Shown piece after piece: positions 1 to 11,628 of a stretch of 64,000 nucleotides of DNA. Each line of letters opens with the position of its first letter. The stretch's first letter is position 1. The translations under genes and the position numbers were made by a program. Below the pieces are notes generated by a model. The model searched no databases. It was not told where the DNA came from and saw only the letters and a list, made by a program, of their open reading frames with translations. The DNA comes from Robertmurraya sp. Lineage in GTDB: Bacteria; Bacillota; Bacilli; Bacillales; Cytobacillaceae. Location: the NCBI GenBank assembly GCA_025451895.1, contig JANWJP010000091.1, positions 1,898-65,897 of the forward strand, written 5' to 3'.

Positions 1-1654
1 GCTCAGAGCGTTACAAGAGGAACAGGTTGAAGTGATTTTTGGCTATCCGGGAGGTGCAGTTCTTCCGATTTATGATGAAATATATCATTCTAATATTCCT
101 CACGTCCTGCCGAGGCACGAACAAGGGGGAATACATGCTGCAGAAGGATATGCCAGGGTGACCGGAAAACCGGGTGTTGTAATTGTTACTTCAGGCCCCG
201 GAGCCACAAACATTGTAACGGGACTTGCCGATGCGATGATGGATTCACTGCCGCTCGTTGTTTTCACAGGACAAGTGGCAACGAATGTAATTGGAACTGA
301 CGCTTTTCAGGAAGCGGATATTTTAGGGATTACAACGCCGATAACAAAATATAATTATCAAGTTCGAAATATTGAGGATATTCCCCGTATTGTAAAAGAA
401 GCGTTCTATATTGCCAAGTCAGGAAGACCGGGACCGGTTTTGATTGATTTACCGAAGAATATTGCAACCGGCACTGCGCATGTCAGCGGAACGGCGGACA
501 TTCATTTGCCCGGTTATCAGCCGACAACGAAGCCGAATTATTTGCAAATCCGCAAGTTGACGGAAGCTGTAAGCAGGGCAAAGAAACCTGTTATTTTGGC
601 AGGTGCGGGTATCCTTCATGCAAAGGCAACGGAGGAACTTAAACAATATGCGGAACAGCAAAGAATTCCAGTTGTCCATACATTGCTCGGTTTGGGCGGA
701 TTCCCTGCATATCATGAACTTTTCGTCGGAATGGCCGGAATGCACGGGTGCTATGCAGCAAATATGGCTCTTTATGAGGCGGATCTGCTTATCAATATCG
801 GGGCCAGATTCGATGACCGTCTGACCGGAAACTTGGATCGCTTTGCCCCAAAGGCTGTGGTTGCCCATGTTGACATCGACCCGGCAGAGATCGGCAAGAA
901 TGTACCGACGAAGATTCCGGTTGTTGCTGATGCGAAAGAAGCATTGAAGGAACTTATTGCCCAAAACGGAGAGAAACCGCAAACAGATGCATGGCTTGAA
1001 ACCATTCAAACCTGGAAAACGGAATATCCGTTATCTTATGATAATGATGGTTCCATGTTGAAGCCGCAAAAGGTTATTGAAATGCTTTATGAAAAAACAA
1101 ACGGTGAAGCAACAGTTGTTACTGATGTCGGTCAGCATCAAATGTGGGCCGCTCAGTTTTATAAATTTAAAAATGCGCATAAATGGGTTACTTCCGGAGG
1201 ATTGGGAACGATGGGCTTTGGACTGCCGGCAAGCGTTGGCGCTTCTATAGCGGATCGGGATTCAACCGTTCTTTGTATCACCGGGGACGGAAGTTTCCAA
1301 ATGTGCAGTCAAGAACTGGCCGTCATTAAAGAGTTGAATCTGCCAATTAAGATTATTATTTTAAATAATACGGCTCTTGGTATGGTAAGGCAGTGGCAGG
1401 AATTATTCTACGAAGAAAGATACTCTCACAGTAAAATCCCTGTTCAACCGTCTTTTGAAAAATTGGCTGGAGCATATGGAATTAAAGGATATACGGTTAA
1501 TTCGGAGGAGGAAGCAGAGCGCGTCTTAAATGAAGCATTGAGCCACCGTGACCCTGTCCTGATTGATTTCCGTATTGATCCCGGTGAAAATGTATATCCA
1601 ATGGTTGCTCCGGGTAAGGGATTGAATGAAATGGCAGGTGTTAAGAAGCGATGA
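1..1654 (+). CDS. ilvB: Acetolactate synthase large subunit, 5'-truncated by the window edge
   Basis: The frame is open from nt 2 (..[25 protein letters not shown]..). ThDP-enzyme motifs GPGATN and [18 protein letters not shown] are present. The stop overlaps the ilvN start (ATGA). Confidence 0.93.
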   Translation, partial: LRALQEEQVEVIFGYPGGAVLPIYDEIYHSNIPHVLPRHEQGGIHAAEGYARVTGKPGVVIVTSGPGATNIVTGLADAMMDSLPLVVFTGQVATNVIGTDAFQEADILGITTPITKYNYQVRNIEDIPRIVKEAFYIAKSGRPGPVLIDLPKNIATGTAHVSGTADIHLPGYQPTTKPNYLQIRKLTEAVSRAKKPVILAGAGILHAKATEELKQYAEQQRIPVVHTLLGLGGFPAYHELFVGMAGMHGCYAANMALYEADLLINIGARFDDRLTGNLDRFAPKAVVAHVDIDPAEIGKNVPTKIPVVADAKEALKELIAQNGEKPQTDAWLETIQTWKTEYPLSYDNDGSMLKPQKVIEMLYEKTNGEATVVTDVGQHQMWAAQFYKFKNAHKWVTSGGLGTMGFGLPASVGASIADRDSTVLCITGDGSFQMCSQELAVIKELNLPIKIIILNNTALGMVRQWQELFYEERYSHSKIPVQPSFEKLAGAYGIKGYTVNSEEEAERVLNEALSHRDPVLIDFRIDPGENVYPMVAPGKGLNEMAGVKKR

Positions 1655-2169
1655 AAAGAATAATTACCTTAACAGTAAATAACCGGCCGGGAGTGTTAAA
1701 TCGGATTACAAATCTTTTTTCAAAAAGAAATTACAATATAGAAAGCATTACAGTAGGACATTCCGAGCAGGAAGGCGTTTCGAGAATTACTTGTGTCGTT
1801 AATGTTGAGAACGATAAGATTATTGAGCAGATTACGAAACAGTTAAATAAGCAGATTGATGTCCTGAAGGTGACAGATATTACCGATCAGGCGATGGTTT
1901 CAAGAGAACTGGCTCTGATTAAGGTCCTCGCCACGCCGGCCACAAGAAGCGAAATTTATTCTTTAATCGAGCCCTTCAGAGCTTCCATTATAGATGTGGG
2001 CCGGGAAACGCTTGTCATTCAGATTACGGGGGAATCGGATAAAATTGAAGCCTTTATTGAGTTGATCCGCCCCTATGGCATTAAAGAGCTTGCCAGAACA
2101 GGAACAACAGCCTTCCTGAGAGGCAATCAGCGTCTGGCGAGTCAGACGAAAAATATTTCAATTTTGTAA
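1651..2169 (+). CDS. ilvN: Acetolactate synthase small (regulatory, ACT-domain) subunit
   Basis: 172 aa with [31 protein letters not shown], typical of IlvH/IlvN. Translationally coupled to ilvB. Confidence 0.9.
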   Translation: MKRIITLTVNNRPGVLNRITNLFSKRNYNIESITVGHSEQEGVSRITCVVNVENDKIIEQITKQLNKQIDVLKVTDITDQAMVSRELALIKVLATPATRSEIYSLIEPFRASIIDVGRETLVIQITGESDKIEAFIELIRPYGIKELARTGTTAFLRGNQRLASQTKNISIL

Positions 2170-2223
2170 GATTTTCCGAGTTTATTAGCGGAGCTTCTAA
2201 TATTATCACAGAAAAGATGATAG

Positions 2224-3291
<1,068 letters not shown>

Positions 3292-3414
3292 TTTACGGTT
3301 GTTGCAATATAAAAATTCTTCCTGGAGGCAGTAAAAAAACTGCCTCCAAGAATTTACTCTATTGATAAGGTTTGCGAAATCAGCCAAAAATTCGTAAGAC
3401 ATGATGGAGGTTCA

Positions 3415-4497
3415 ATGATGGAAAAGCGGATCGCTGTCCTTCCGGGAGACGGGATAGGTAAAGAGATAACTCAAGGTGCAGTTGAAGTGCTGCAAACGAT
3501 TGGAGAACGGTTTGGACATCAATTCAATTTCTCTTATGGAAAAATAGGCGGCGGCGCAGTTGATGAGGTCGGAACTCCATTGCCTGATGAAACCCTCGAA
3601 TTATGCAAAAATAGCGATGCGGTTTTACTTGGTGCGGTAGGAGGCCCCAAATGGGACAATTTGCCTGTCCATCTGCGTCCTGAGAAGGGTTTGTTGAAAA
3701 TAAGAAAAGAGTTGGGTCTTTTTGCTAATCTGCGCCCGACTACATATTTTGAGAGTCTTGCAGAATCTGCTCCGTTGAAAAAACATGTCATTGAAGGTGT
3801 TGACCTTTTAATGGTAAGGGAGCTGACCGGAGGCATTTACTTCGGCCGCCCGAGTGAGAGATTCGAAAAGGACGGTCAGGAAGCTGTAGTTGATACCCTG
3901 GCATATACAAAGGAAGAAATGGTTCGTGTTATCAGACTGGCCTTTGAATTAGCGAGAAACCGCAGCAAGAAAGTTACTTCCGTTGATAAAGCAAATGTTC
4001 TTGAGTCAAGCCGTATGTGGCGTGAAACAGCCGAAGAAATTGCCAAGGATTATCCTGATGTGGAACTCAATCATATGCTGGTCGATAATGCAGCGATGCA
4101 GCTCATCAGATATCCGAAACAGTTCGATGTAATCGTTACGGAAAATATGTTTGGCGACATATTAAGCGATGAAGCTTCCATGTTAACAGGTTCTCTAGGA
4201 ATGCTGCCGTCAGCCAGCCTGTCTGAAAACGGCCCGTATCTTTATGAGCCGATTCACGGCTCTGCTCCGGATATTGCCGGTCAAAATATTGCCAACCCGC
4301 TGGCAACGATCCTGTCTGCGGCAATGCTGCTTCGTCTTTCCTTTGGTCTTGAAAAGGAGGCGTCGATTGTGGAAAATGCCGTTCAATCCGTCCTGAATCA
4401 GGGATACCGGACAAAGGATATTGCCGCTGAAGGGGAAGCCTGGCTTTCTACGACAGAGATGGTTGAAAAGGTTAAAGAAACCATCCTGCAAGCATAG
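3415..4497 (+). CDS. leuB: 3-isopropylmalate dehydrogenase
   Basis: [12 protein letters not shown] and [26 protein letters not shown] signatures. RBS GGAGGT 5 nt upstream. Confidence 0.93.
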   Translation: MMEKRIAVLPGDGIGKEITQGAVEVLQTIGERFGHQFNFSYGKIGGGAVDEVGTPLPDETLELCKNSDAVLLGAVGGPKWDNLPVHLRPEKGLLKIRKELGLFANLRPTTYFESLAESAPLKKHVIEGVDLLMVRELTGGIYFGRPSERFEKDGQEAVVDTLAYTKEEMVRVIRLAFELARNRSKKVTSVDKANVLESSRMWRETAEEIAKDYPDVELNHMLVDNAAMQLIRYPKQFDVIVTENMFGDILSDEASMLTGSLGMLPSASLSENGPYLYEPIHGSAPDIAGQNIANPLATILSAAMLLRLSFGLEKEASIVENAVQSVLNQGYRTKDIAAEGEAWLSTTEMVEKVKETILQA

Positions 4498-4683
4498 ATT
4501 ATTTTTTAAAAGATTGCCGGTTTGATAGATCTTTTGGCAAATGCGGCCGGGAATACGGCCGTATTTGTCTCTTATACAGTCATTGGCTGTTTTTGCAAGC
4601 CTTGTTGGCAAAAAAATTAAAACGCAAAGACAATGGCATCAGAAAACAACATAAACATACAGGTTAAATCGGTAAGGAGGATT

Positions 4684-6099
4684 ATGATGGGGAAATCAAT
4701 TATTGATAAGATTTGGGAAAAGCATGTTGTCCATAGAGAAGAAGGAAAACCGGATCTTCTTTATATTGACCTTCATTTAGTTCATGAAGTTACTTCACCG
4801 CAGGCGTTCTCCGGCCTCAGAATGAAAAACCGCAAAGTAAGGAGACCTGATAAAACTTTTGCAACAATGGACCATAATGTTCCGACGATTAACCGGCACA
4901 TTATCAATGACGAAATTGCTTTAAACCAAATGACCACCCTTGAAAAGAACTGTGCTGAATTTGGAGTGGAACTAGCAGGGATCGACAGTCCGTATCAGGG
5001 AATCGTTCACGTAATCGGTCCGGAACTTGGGTTGACTCAGCCCGGAAAAACGATTGTCTGCGGTGACAGCCACACTTCCACCCATGGAGCATTTGGCGCT
5101 CTTGCGTTCGGAATCGGTACCAGCGAGGTGGAGCATGTTCTTGCAACTCAAACAATCTGGCAAAATAAGCCGAAAACATTGAAACTTGAAATTAACGGAA
5201 AACTCGGTCCGGGCGTATCAGCAAAAGATGTGATTCTCTATATCCTTGCTAAATATGGCGTTAATTTTGGCACCGGTTATGTCATTGAGTACGCAGGAGA
5301 AGTAGTAAGAAACATGTCCATGGAAGAACGGATGACAATCTGCAACATGTCCATTGAAGGCGGTGCACGTGCAGGGCTTGTAAGTCCGGATGAAACGACC
5401 TTTGAATATTTAAGGGGAAGAAAATACGCACCTCAAGGAGAAAAATTTGATAAGTTTGTAGAATATTGGAAAACACTGGCTTCTGATGAGGATGCAGAAT
5501 ATGACAAAGTTATTACCCTAAATGGAGAGGATATTGCTCCGATGGTAAGCTGGGGAACAAATCCATCCATGACGTCACCTGTTGACAGTACGATTCCGAC
5601 AATGGAAGATTACAAGACGGAAATTGAAAAATCATCTCTAAAGAGAGCATTAGAATATATGGGGCTGAAAGAAGGACAAAAAATTGAAGACATCAAAATC
5701 CAACATGTGTTCATCGGCTCCTGTACAAACTCCCGCATAGAAGACATTCGTGCTGCTGCCAAGGTTGTGAAAGGCAAAAAGGTTCATCCGGGTGTCCGTG
5801 CCCTTGTGGTACCGGGCTCTCAGCAAGTGAAAAAGCAGGCGGAAGAAGAAGGTTTGGATAAAATCTTAACCGAAGCGGGCTTCGAATGGAGAGAATCCGG
5901 ATGCAGCATGTGCTTGAGCATGAATGCTGATGTAGTGCCGAGCGGGGAGCATTGTGCTTCCACTTCAAACAGAAACTTTGAAGGACGCCAGGGAGCCGGT
6001 GCGCGCACACATCTGGTCAGTCCGGCAATGGCAGCAGCGGCTGCGATTTTCGGACATTTTGTAGATATCAGAAAATTAACGACAGTTGAATCAGTATAA
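4684..6099 (+). CDS. leuC: 3-isopropylmalate dehydratase large subunit
   Basis: Aconitase-family Fe-S ligand motifs GSCTNSR and [11 protein letters not shown]-track start 4633 trimmed to ATG 4684, directly behind AAGGAGG. Confidence 0.92.
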   Translation: MMGKSIIDKIWEKHVVHREEGKPDLLYIDLHLVHEVTSPQAFSGLRMKNRKVRRPDKTFATMDHNVPTINRHIINDEIALNQMTTLEKNCAEFGVELAGIDSPYQGIVHVIGPELGLTQPGKTIVCGDSHTSTHGAFGALAFGIGTSEVEHVLATQTIWQNKPKTLKLEINGKLGPGVSAKDVILYILAKYGVNFGTGYVIEYAGEVVRNMSMEERMTICNMSIEGGARAGLVSPDETTFEYLRGRKYAPQGEKFDKFVEYWKTLASDEDAEYDKVITLNGEDIAPMVSWGTNPSMTSPVDSTIPTMEDYKTEIEKSSLKRALEYMGLKEGQKIEDIKIQHVFIGSCTNSRIEDIRAAAKVVKGKKVHPGVRALVVPGSQQVKKQAEEEGLDKILTEAGFEWRESGCSMCLSMNADVVPSGEHCASTSNRNFEGRQGAGARTHLVSPAMAAAAAIFGHFVDIRKLTTVESV

Positions 6100-6114
6100 A
6101 AGGAGGGCATTTTC

Positions 6115-6714
6115 TTGAGCGGTTTTAAAGAATTTACAGGAAAAGCGGTTGCTATGGATCGTGCCAACGTCGATACAGACCAAATTATCCCTAAGCAGTT
6201 CTTAAAGAGAATAGAAAAAACAGGTTTCGGAAAATACTTGTTCTTTGATTGGAGATATAATGCGGACGGAAGTGAAAATGAGCAATTTGAATTAAACCGC
6301 CCGGAAAATAAAGGGGCATCCATTCTCATTGCCAATGAAAACTTCGGATGCGGGTCATCCAGGGAGCATGCTCCGTGGGCATTGCTTGACTACGGGTTTA
6401 AGGTGATTATTGCCCCGTCCTTTGCCGATATTTTCTATCAAAACTGTTTAAAAAACGGGATGCTTCCGATTCCGTTGAAACAGGAACAGGTTGATTATTT
6501 GCTTGAAAAAGGCAAGAAACAGCCGTTTGTAGTTCATATCAATCTGGAAGAACAAAAGGTAACTGATGGAGACGGTTTTGAAGCAGAATTTGAGATTCAT
6601 GCCTATTGGAAGAAGATGCTGATTAACGGCTGGGACGAAATTGAAATAACTCTTCAGTTAAAAGATAAAATTGAGGAATTCGAAAAGACTAAAGATCCAT
6701 ATACTATATTATAA
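6115..6714 (+). CDS. leuD: 3-isopropylmalate dehydratase small subunit
   Basis: FGCGSSREHAPWAL motif. TTG start 7 nt after AAGGAGGG. Confidence 0.92.
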   Translation: MSGFKEFTGKAVAMDRANVDTDQIIPKQFLKRIEKTGFGKYLFFDWRYNADGSENEQFELNRPENKGASILIANENFGCGSSREHAPWALLDYGFKVIIAPSFADIFYQNCLKNGMLPIPLKQEQVDYLLEKGKKQPFVVHINLEEQKVTDGDGFEAEFEIHAYWKKMLINGWDEIEITLQLKDKIEEFEKTKDPYTIL

Positions 6715-6736
6715 AATACAGGCAGAATGACAGATT

Positions 6737-6783
6737 CCTCCCGCTTCGGCGTTTATCGCCGGAACGGGAGGTGCATAATTTTT
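6737..6783 (+). terminator. Intrinsic terminator after leuD
   Basis: CCTCCCG (6737-6743) pairs with CGGGAGG (6765-6771). A T-run follows at 6779-6783. Confidence 0.6.
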
Positions 6784-6961
6784 AGTACAGGGGATTTTTG
6801 CCGCAGACCCGGGATAGATATTCCGGTCTGAACATGGCATCCAACTGTAATGACTTTAAAAACCCTTGTTTTCTGAAGATTCACAAAACCTGTGAATCTT
6901 TTTGTATTTTTGTAAAGATCGTGCTAAACTAACCTCAACAAGTTATAGAGGCGGAATTCCT

Positions 6962-7981
6962 ATGAAAAAAAGGGGAAGCAAAAAATCAGATAAAAAGGTT
7001 ATTCTTTTTCCGAATCTCGTACAAAGATCCTTGGAAAAAGGCCTTGAATACTTGCAAAATAAAAAATACGGACCGGCTGTCGGGCTTTTTGAAGAGACTC
7101 TCTCCTATTCCCCTGATAACCGTGATGTATATATCGGCCTTTTATTGGCTTATTATGAAAGCGGGATGCTGGAAAAAGCGAAAAAAACCGCCAAAGAAAT
7201 GTTGGCAAAAGGAATTGGCGATTATTTTGACACCGTTGAGCTATATTTAATGATTCTAGTACAGCTCAAGGAGTATGACGAAATGTCGGCAACGATTTCT
7301 GCCCTTTTTGATGAACAGGAGATCCCTTATGAAAAGCGGGAGCATTTTTTCAGACTGTTGGAATTTGCAAACCGTATGAAGAAAGAGAGTCCGGACGAGT
7401 CCTATTCATCTGAGGCATCCGAAGAGAATTCTCTTCAATTGCTTGGAACGAAGGATATGAACAAACTGGTTTTGACAATTGCCGAACTGGCAGATAAAAA
7501 TGCCAGGCTATATATAGATGAAATTAAGGAATACCTTTGTTACGCAGGCGGGCATCCGTTTTTGAAAACAATGCTTTTAAGTATTTTAAGAGAGCAGGAA
7601 TACGACCGGGAGCTTGTTATACATAAGTTTGCAAAAGAAACGACAGTTATTCCCGCACATCTCGCTGCTCCGGATGAAAATGAACAAAAACTTGAAATTG
7701 AAAAGATGCTGAAAAACAGGCTGGAAAATGAAAATCCCGTTTTATTTTCACAAATAAAAGGATTATTGGAAAGACAAATGTTTCTTCTTTATCCGTTTAA
7801 TTTTACACCAATGGATACTGCTGTTTGGGCTGGCGCCTATCATGCAGCAGGGAATTCTTTCAGCGGAGGAGAAACCGATTTTAAAAAAATGGCACTTTTA
7901 TACAAGACTGAAGAAGATGAGTTAATGAAAGCATACAGTTTTATACAAGAACTGGAGAAAATTTCTTTTCCTATTATATAA
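6962..7981 (+). CDS. ysoA: TPR-repeat protein (YsoA-like by position)
   Basis: TPR-like helical repeats (GLEYLQNKKYGPAVGLFEETLSYSPDNRDVYIGLLLAYYESGMLEKAKK). Position between leuD and tig matches my recollection of B. subtilis ysoA. Start trimmed to ATG 6962. Confidence 0.6.
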   Translation: MKKRGSKKSDKKVILFPNLVQRSLEKGLEYLQNKKYGPAVGLFEETLSYSPDNRDVYIGLLLAYYESGMLEKAKKTAKEMLAKGIGDYFDTVELYLMILVQLKEYDEMSATISALFDEQEIPYEKREHFFRLLEFANRMKKESPDESYSSEASEENSLQLLGTKDMNKLVLTIAELADKNARLYIDEIKEYLCYAGGHPFLKTMLLSILREQEYDRELVIHKFAKETTVIPAHLAAPDENEQKLEIEKMLKNRLENENPVLFSQIKGLLERQMFLLYPFNFTPMDTAVWAGAYHAAGNSFSGGETDFKKMALLYKTEEDELMKAYSFIQELEKISFPII

Positions 7982-7990
7982 TCCATACTG

Positions 7991-8018
7991 TTGAAACAAA
8001 TTCAACCTATGATATAAT
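7991..8018 (+). promoter_or_regulatory. SigA-type promoter for tig
   Basis: TTGAAA (7991-7996), 16-nt spacer, TATAAT (8013-8018) with an extended TG at -15/-14. Confidence 0.55.
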
Positions 8019-8135
8019 GTAGTGGTTGTTATGTGCTTTCTGGCATTTACATAGTAAATTTGAATATGTCGATATAAAATTCATATTCATAAATACTTTT
8101 AACGGATGATAAACGAGTTTTGGAGGGAAAATGAA

Positions 8136-9452
8136 ATGTCCGCAAAGTGGGAAAAATTAGAAGGGAACCAAGGGGTTCTCACAATTGAAGTAGATGCAGA
8201 AAAAGTAAATGAAGGCTTGGATTTTGCCTTTAAAAAGGTGGTAAAAGAAGTAACGGTACCGGGATTCCGTAAAGGCAAAGTACCCCGCGGTTTATTTGAA
8301 AAGCGTTTTGGAGTGGAAGTGCTTTATCAGGATGCCGTTGATTATCTTTTACCGTCTGCTTATGCCGAAGCTGTAAAAGAAACAGGTATTGAGCCTGTTG
8401 ATAATCCGGAAATTGATATTGAACAAATTGAAAAAGGCAAAAGCATGATTATAAAAGCTAAGGTAACTGTTAAGCCTGAAGTGAAATTGGGCGAATATAA
8501 AGGTCTGGAAGTAGAAAAACAGGATCTGGAAGTTACTGAGGAAGATGTTGAACAAGAACTTAAAACACTTCAGCAACGCTATGCCGAATTGGTTGTTAAA
8601 GAAGAAGGGCAAGCTGAAAAAGGTGATACCGTTGTTATTGATTTTGAAGGATTCACGGACGGAGAAGCCTTTGAAGGCGGCAAAGGTGAAAACTATTCTT
8701 TAGAGCTTGGTTCAGGCCAATTTATCCCGGGCTTTGAAGATCAATTAGTAGGTGTTTCACCGGGAGAAGAAAAAGAGGTAAATGTTACGTTCCCTGAAGA
8801 ATATCATGCCGCTGAGCTTGCAGGAAAGCCTGCAGTATTTAAAGTGAAAGTTCATGAAATTAAAACGAGAGAACTTCCTGAACTTGATGATGAGTTTGCC
8901 AAAGATGTGGATGAGGAAGCTGAAACTCTTGACGAATTAAAAGAAAAAATCAGAACCCGCCTGGAAGAAACCAAGAAAAATATGGCTGAAAACAAGGTTC
9001 GTGATACCGTCGTGAAAAAAGCTGCCGAAAATGCCGAAATCGATATTCCTGAAGTTATGATTGAAAACGAAATCGATCATATGGTCCGGGAATATGAGCA
9101 GCAGCTGCAAATGCAGGGAATGAATCTTGATTTGTATTTCCAATTCACGGGCCAAGATATGGATAAACTACGTGAACAAATGAAAGAAAATGCCGAAAAA
9201 CGCGTCCGTACAAGCTTAACGTTAGAAGCGATCGCAAATGCGGAGAATCTGGAAGTTTCTGATGAGGATGTCGATCGTGAATTAAATAAAATGGCTGAAA
9301 TGTACAAAATGACTGTTGATAATATTAAGAGCATCATGGGAACTCTCGATGGGTTAAAAGCTGATTTGAAGATTCAAAAAGCTGTTGAGTTTCTTGTTGA
9401 AAACAGCAAAACTATTGAAGTAGCTGAAGAACAGACTGAAAAAGACGAATAA
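8136..9452 (+). CDS. tig: Trigger factor
   Basis: PGFRKGKVP ribosome-binding signature and a central FKBP-type PPIase domain ([16 protein letters not shown]). GGAGGG 8 nt upstream of ATG 8136. Confidence 0.95.
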   Translation: MSAKWEKLEGNQGVLTIEVDAEKVNEGLDFAFKKVVKEVTVPGFRKGKVPRGLFEKRFGVEVLYQDAVDYLLPSAYAEAVKETGIEPVDNPEIDIEQIEKGKSMIIKAKVTVKPEVKLGEYKGLEVEKQDLEVTEEDVEQELKTLQQRYAELVVKEEGQAEKGDTVVIDFEGFTDGEAFEGGKGENYSLELGSGQFIPGFEDQLVGVSPGEEKEVNVTFPEEYHAAELAGKPAVFKVKVHEIKTRELPELDDEFAKDVDEEAETLDELKEKIRTRLEETKKNMAENKVRDTVVKKAAENAEIDIPEVMIENEIDHMVREYEQQLQMQGMNLDLYFQFTGQDMDKLREQMKENAEKRVRTSLTLEAIANAENLEVSDEDVDRELNKMAEMYKMTVDNIKSIMGTLDGLKADLKIQKAVEFLVENSKTIEVAEEQTEKDE

Positions 9453-9477
9453 TATCTGTTTCATGTCAATAAAGAAA

Positions 9478-9526
9478 AGGCTGTCTCAAAAGGGATCTGT
9501 CCCTGCATTGAGGCAGCCATTCTTTA
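9478..9526 (+). terminator. Terminator after tig
   Basis: 11-bp stem: GGCTGTCTCAA (9478-9488) with TTGAGGCAGCC (9507-9517), one G-U pair. T-rich tail. Confidence 0.55.
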
Positions 9527-9921
9527 TAAAATTTTTAGTTGTTTTGATAAGATGATATTAAGCGAAAAAATCAAATCATATTCACATCCATTTGGTTGGC
9601 GGAATAATAAAATTTATTTTATAATGCCCAAAGACGGGCGTGTAAAATATCGTGACTTTCGTATCATAATAACAGTTAAGTAAGTTTATGTTTTTGTTTA
9701 GGCTAAATAGTACATATTAATCATAATTGAGACTATAATGGGAGTAAGGAGGCCCTTTTTCTTTTTTTGAAGAGTTATTATTTCCCGAACCGGCATATGA
9801 TATGATACAATGCAATACATAACAATTTGAAAATTCCCTGCATTGAGTGGTTAATTACATTAAATTTCGATAAGATCCGCAGCGTTGTCTATCGTTAAGA
9901 AGTTTTCAAGGGGTGAATGTA

Positions 9922-11190
9922 ATGTTTAAATTTAATGATGAAAAAGGCCAATTGAAATGTTCCTTTTGCGGAAAAACACAGGATCAAGTAAGAAAATTGG
10001 TTGCCGGCCCTGGTGTATATATATGTGATGAGTGCATTGAATTATGTACTGAAATTGTGGAGGAAGAACTGGGGACAGAAGAAGAAATTGAATTTCAAGA
10101 TGTGCCTAAGCCGCAGGAAATCCGTGCAATTTTAGATGAGTATGTGATTGGTCAGGATCAGGCAAAGAAGAGTTTGTCTGTGGCTGTTTATAACCATTAC
10201 AAAAGAATCAATTCCAACAGTAAAATTGATGATGTGGAGCTGTCTAAAAGTAATATTGTCATGATTGGACCGACCGGGAGCGGAAAAACACTTCTCGCCC
10301 AAACATTGGCCCGAATCTTAAATGTTCCGTTTGCCATGGCTGATGCGACTTCTTTAACCGAAGCCGGGTATGTTGGTGAAGACGTTGAAAATATTCTTCT
10401 AAAACTTATCCAGGCAGCAGACTATGATGTGGATAAAGCTGAAAGAGGAATCATCTATATTGACGAAATTGATAAGATTGCCCGTAAATCAGAAAATCCG
10501 TCCATTACCAGAGATGTTTCCGGGGAAGGTGTGCAGCAGGCCCTTTTGAAAATTCTTGAAGGAACGGTTGCCAGCGTACCTCCTCAGGGAGGAAGAAAGC
10601 ATCCCCACCAAGAGTTTATTCAAATTGATACAACGAATATTCTCTTTATTTGCGGCGGTGCATTTGACGGAATTGAACCGATTATCAAACGCCGTCTCGG
10701 CCAGAAGGTAATTGGTTTTGGTTCCAATTTGAATAATAAAGAAGAAGTTGACGATAAAAATCTTCTTTCAAAGGTTTTACCGGAAGACCTGCTTCATTTC
10801 GGTCTAATTCCTGAATTTATCGGCCGTCTGCCGGTTATTGCCAACCTGCTTCCCCTTGATGAGGATGCATTAGTGGAGATTTTGACGAAGCCTAAAAACG
10901 CTTTGGTAAAACAATATCAAAAAATGCTCGAGCTGGATAATGTAGAGCTTGAATTCGAGGAAGATGCCCTGAGGGAAATTGCCAAGAAAGCCATTGAACG
11001 AAGAACGGGAGCCCGCGGTCTCCGCTCCATTATAGAGAAGATTATGCTGGATGTTATGTATGATTTGCCATCACGGAAAGATGTTGCAAAATGTATTGTG
11101 ACAAAAGAAACGGTAACAGAAAATAAGATGCCGAAGCTGATTCTTATAGATGGTTCAATTATTGAAGAAAAACGGAAAACATCTGCTTAA
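9922..11190 (+). CDS. clpX: ATP-dependent Clp protease ATP-binding subunit ClpX
   Basis: Zn-binding CSFCGK..CDEC, Walker A GPTGSGKT, Walker [11 protein letters not shown]-terminus [18 protein letters not shown] matches the ClpX consensus. Confidence 0.97.
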   Translation: MFKFNDEKGQLKCSFCGKTQDQVRKLVAGPGVYICDECIELCTEIVEEELGTEEEIEFQDVPKPQEIRAILDEYVIGQDQAKKSLSVAVYNHYKRINSNSKIDDVELSKSNIVMIGPTGSGKTLLAQTLARILNVPFAMADATSLTEAGYVGEDVENILLKLIQAADYDVDKAERGIIYIDEIDKIARKSENPSITRDVSGEGVQQALLKILEGTVASVPPQGGRKHPHQEFIQIDTTNILFICGGAFDGIEPIIKRRLGQKVIGFGSNLNNKEEVDDKNLLSKVLPEDLLHFGLIPEFIGRLPVIANLLPLDEDALVEILTKPKNALVKQYQKMLELDNVELEFEEDALREIAKKAIERRTGARGLRSIIEKIMLDVMYDLPSRKDVAKCIVTKETVTENKMPKLILIDGSIIEEKRKTSA

Positions 11191-11242
11191 TACATGGATG
11201 ACGCCTGCAGGATGAAATAAATCGAATAAATTTCTATATAAG

Positions 11243-11297
11243 AGACTGTCTTAAAAGGGAGATTCTTTTTCCTTCAAGACGGTCTTTCTTGTTTTTG
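11243..11297 (+). terminator. Terminator after clpX
   Basis: Imperfect 12-13-bp stem AGACTGTCTTAA / TTCAAGACGGTCT, followed by TTTCTTGTTTTT. Confidence 0.55.
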
Positions 11298-11628
11298 CAG
11301 GTTTTTTCGCACTTTTGCCGGAAGAGGGAACGATAATTATTCCCAAAAAGAGCGGAAAAGCAGTATCAAAGCTGAGTTAAAGTTGCGCATTTTTTGAGGT
11401 TTGCCGGCAAAATTGATGTAAGGCTGCGCAATAATCAAGAGCGCAACAACAGAAGAAGCAAAAACAGGCTGTAATGATTGTTTTGTTAATACCCCCTCAT
11501 GTAATTTCCCTCCCTCCTTTTGTTTCTCAACAGCATGAACACATTTTCAAAAAAACTGGTTTATTACTAAGTTGGAAAGGAGATACTAGCCTTATACGGT
11601 GAACAGGAGATACACAGGAGGGAAGCTA

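Noticed and set aside
449-1009. Antisense and alternate-frame ORFs of 60-200 aa nested inside well-supported genes. Examples: 449-1009(-), 5820-6335(-), 12502-13056(-), 18325-18891(-), 28406-29008(-), 34875-35471(-), 36557-37105(-), 40629-41024(-).
   Set aside because: Each lies entirely within a CDS that has clear family motifs on the other strand or frame. They lack RBSs and have skewed, low-complexity composition, so they are shadow ORFs.
9498-9848. A 13-nt direct repeat TCCCTGCATTGAG, once in the tig terminator loop (~9500-9512) and once ~80 nt upstream of clpX (~9836-9848).
   Set aside because: A single short repeat with no flanking similarity. Exact 13-mers recur by chance several times in 64 kb, and no structure or motif is attached to it.
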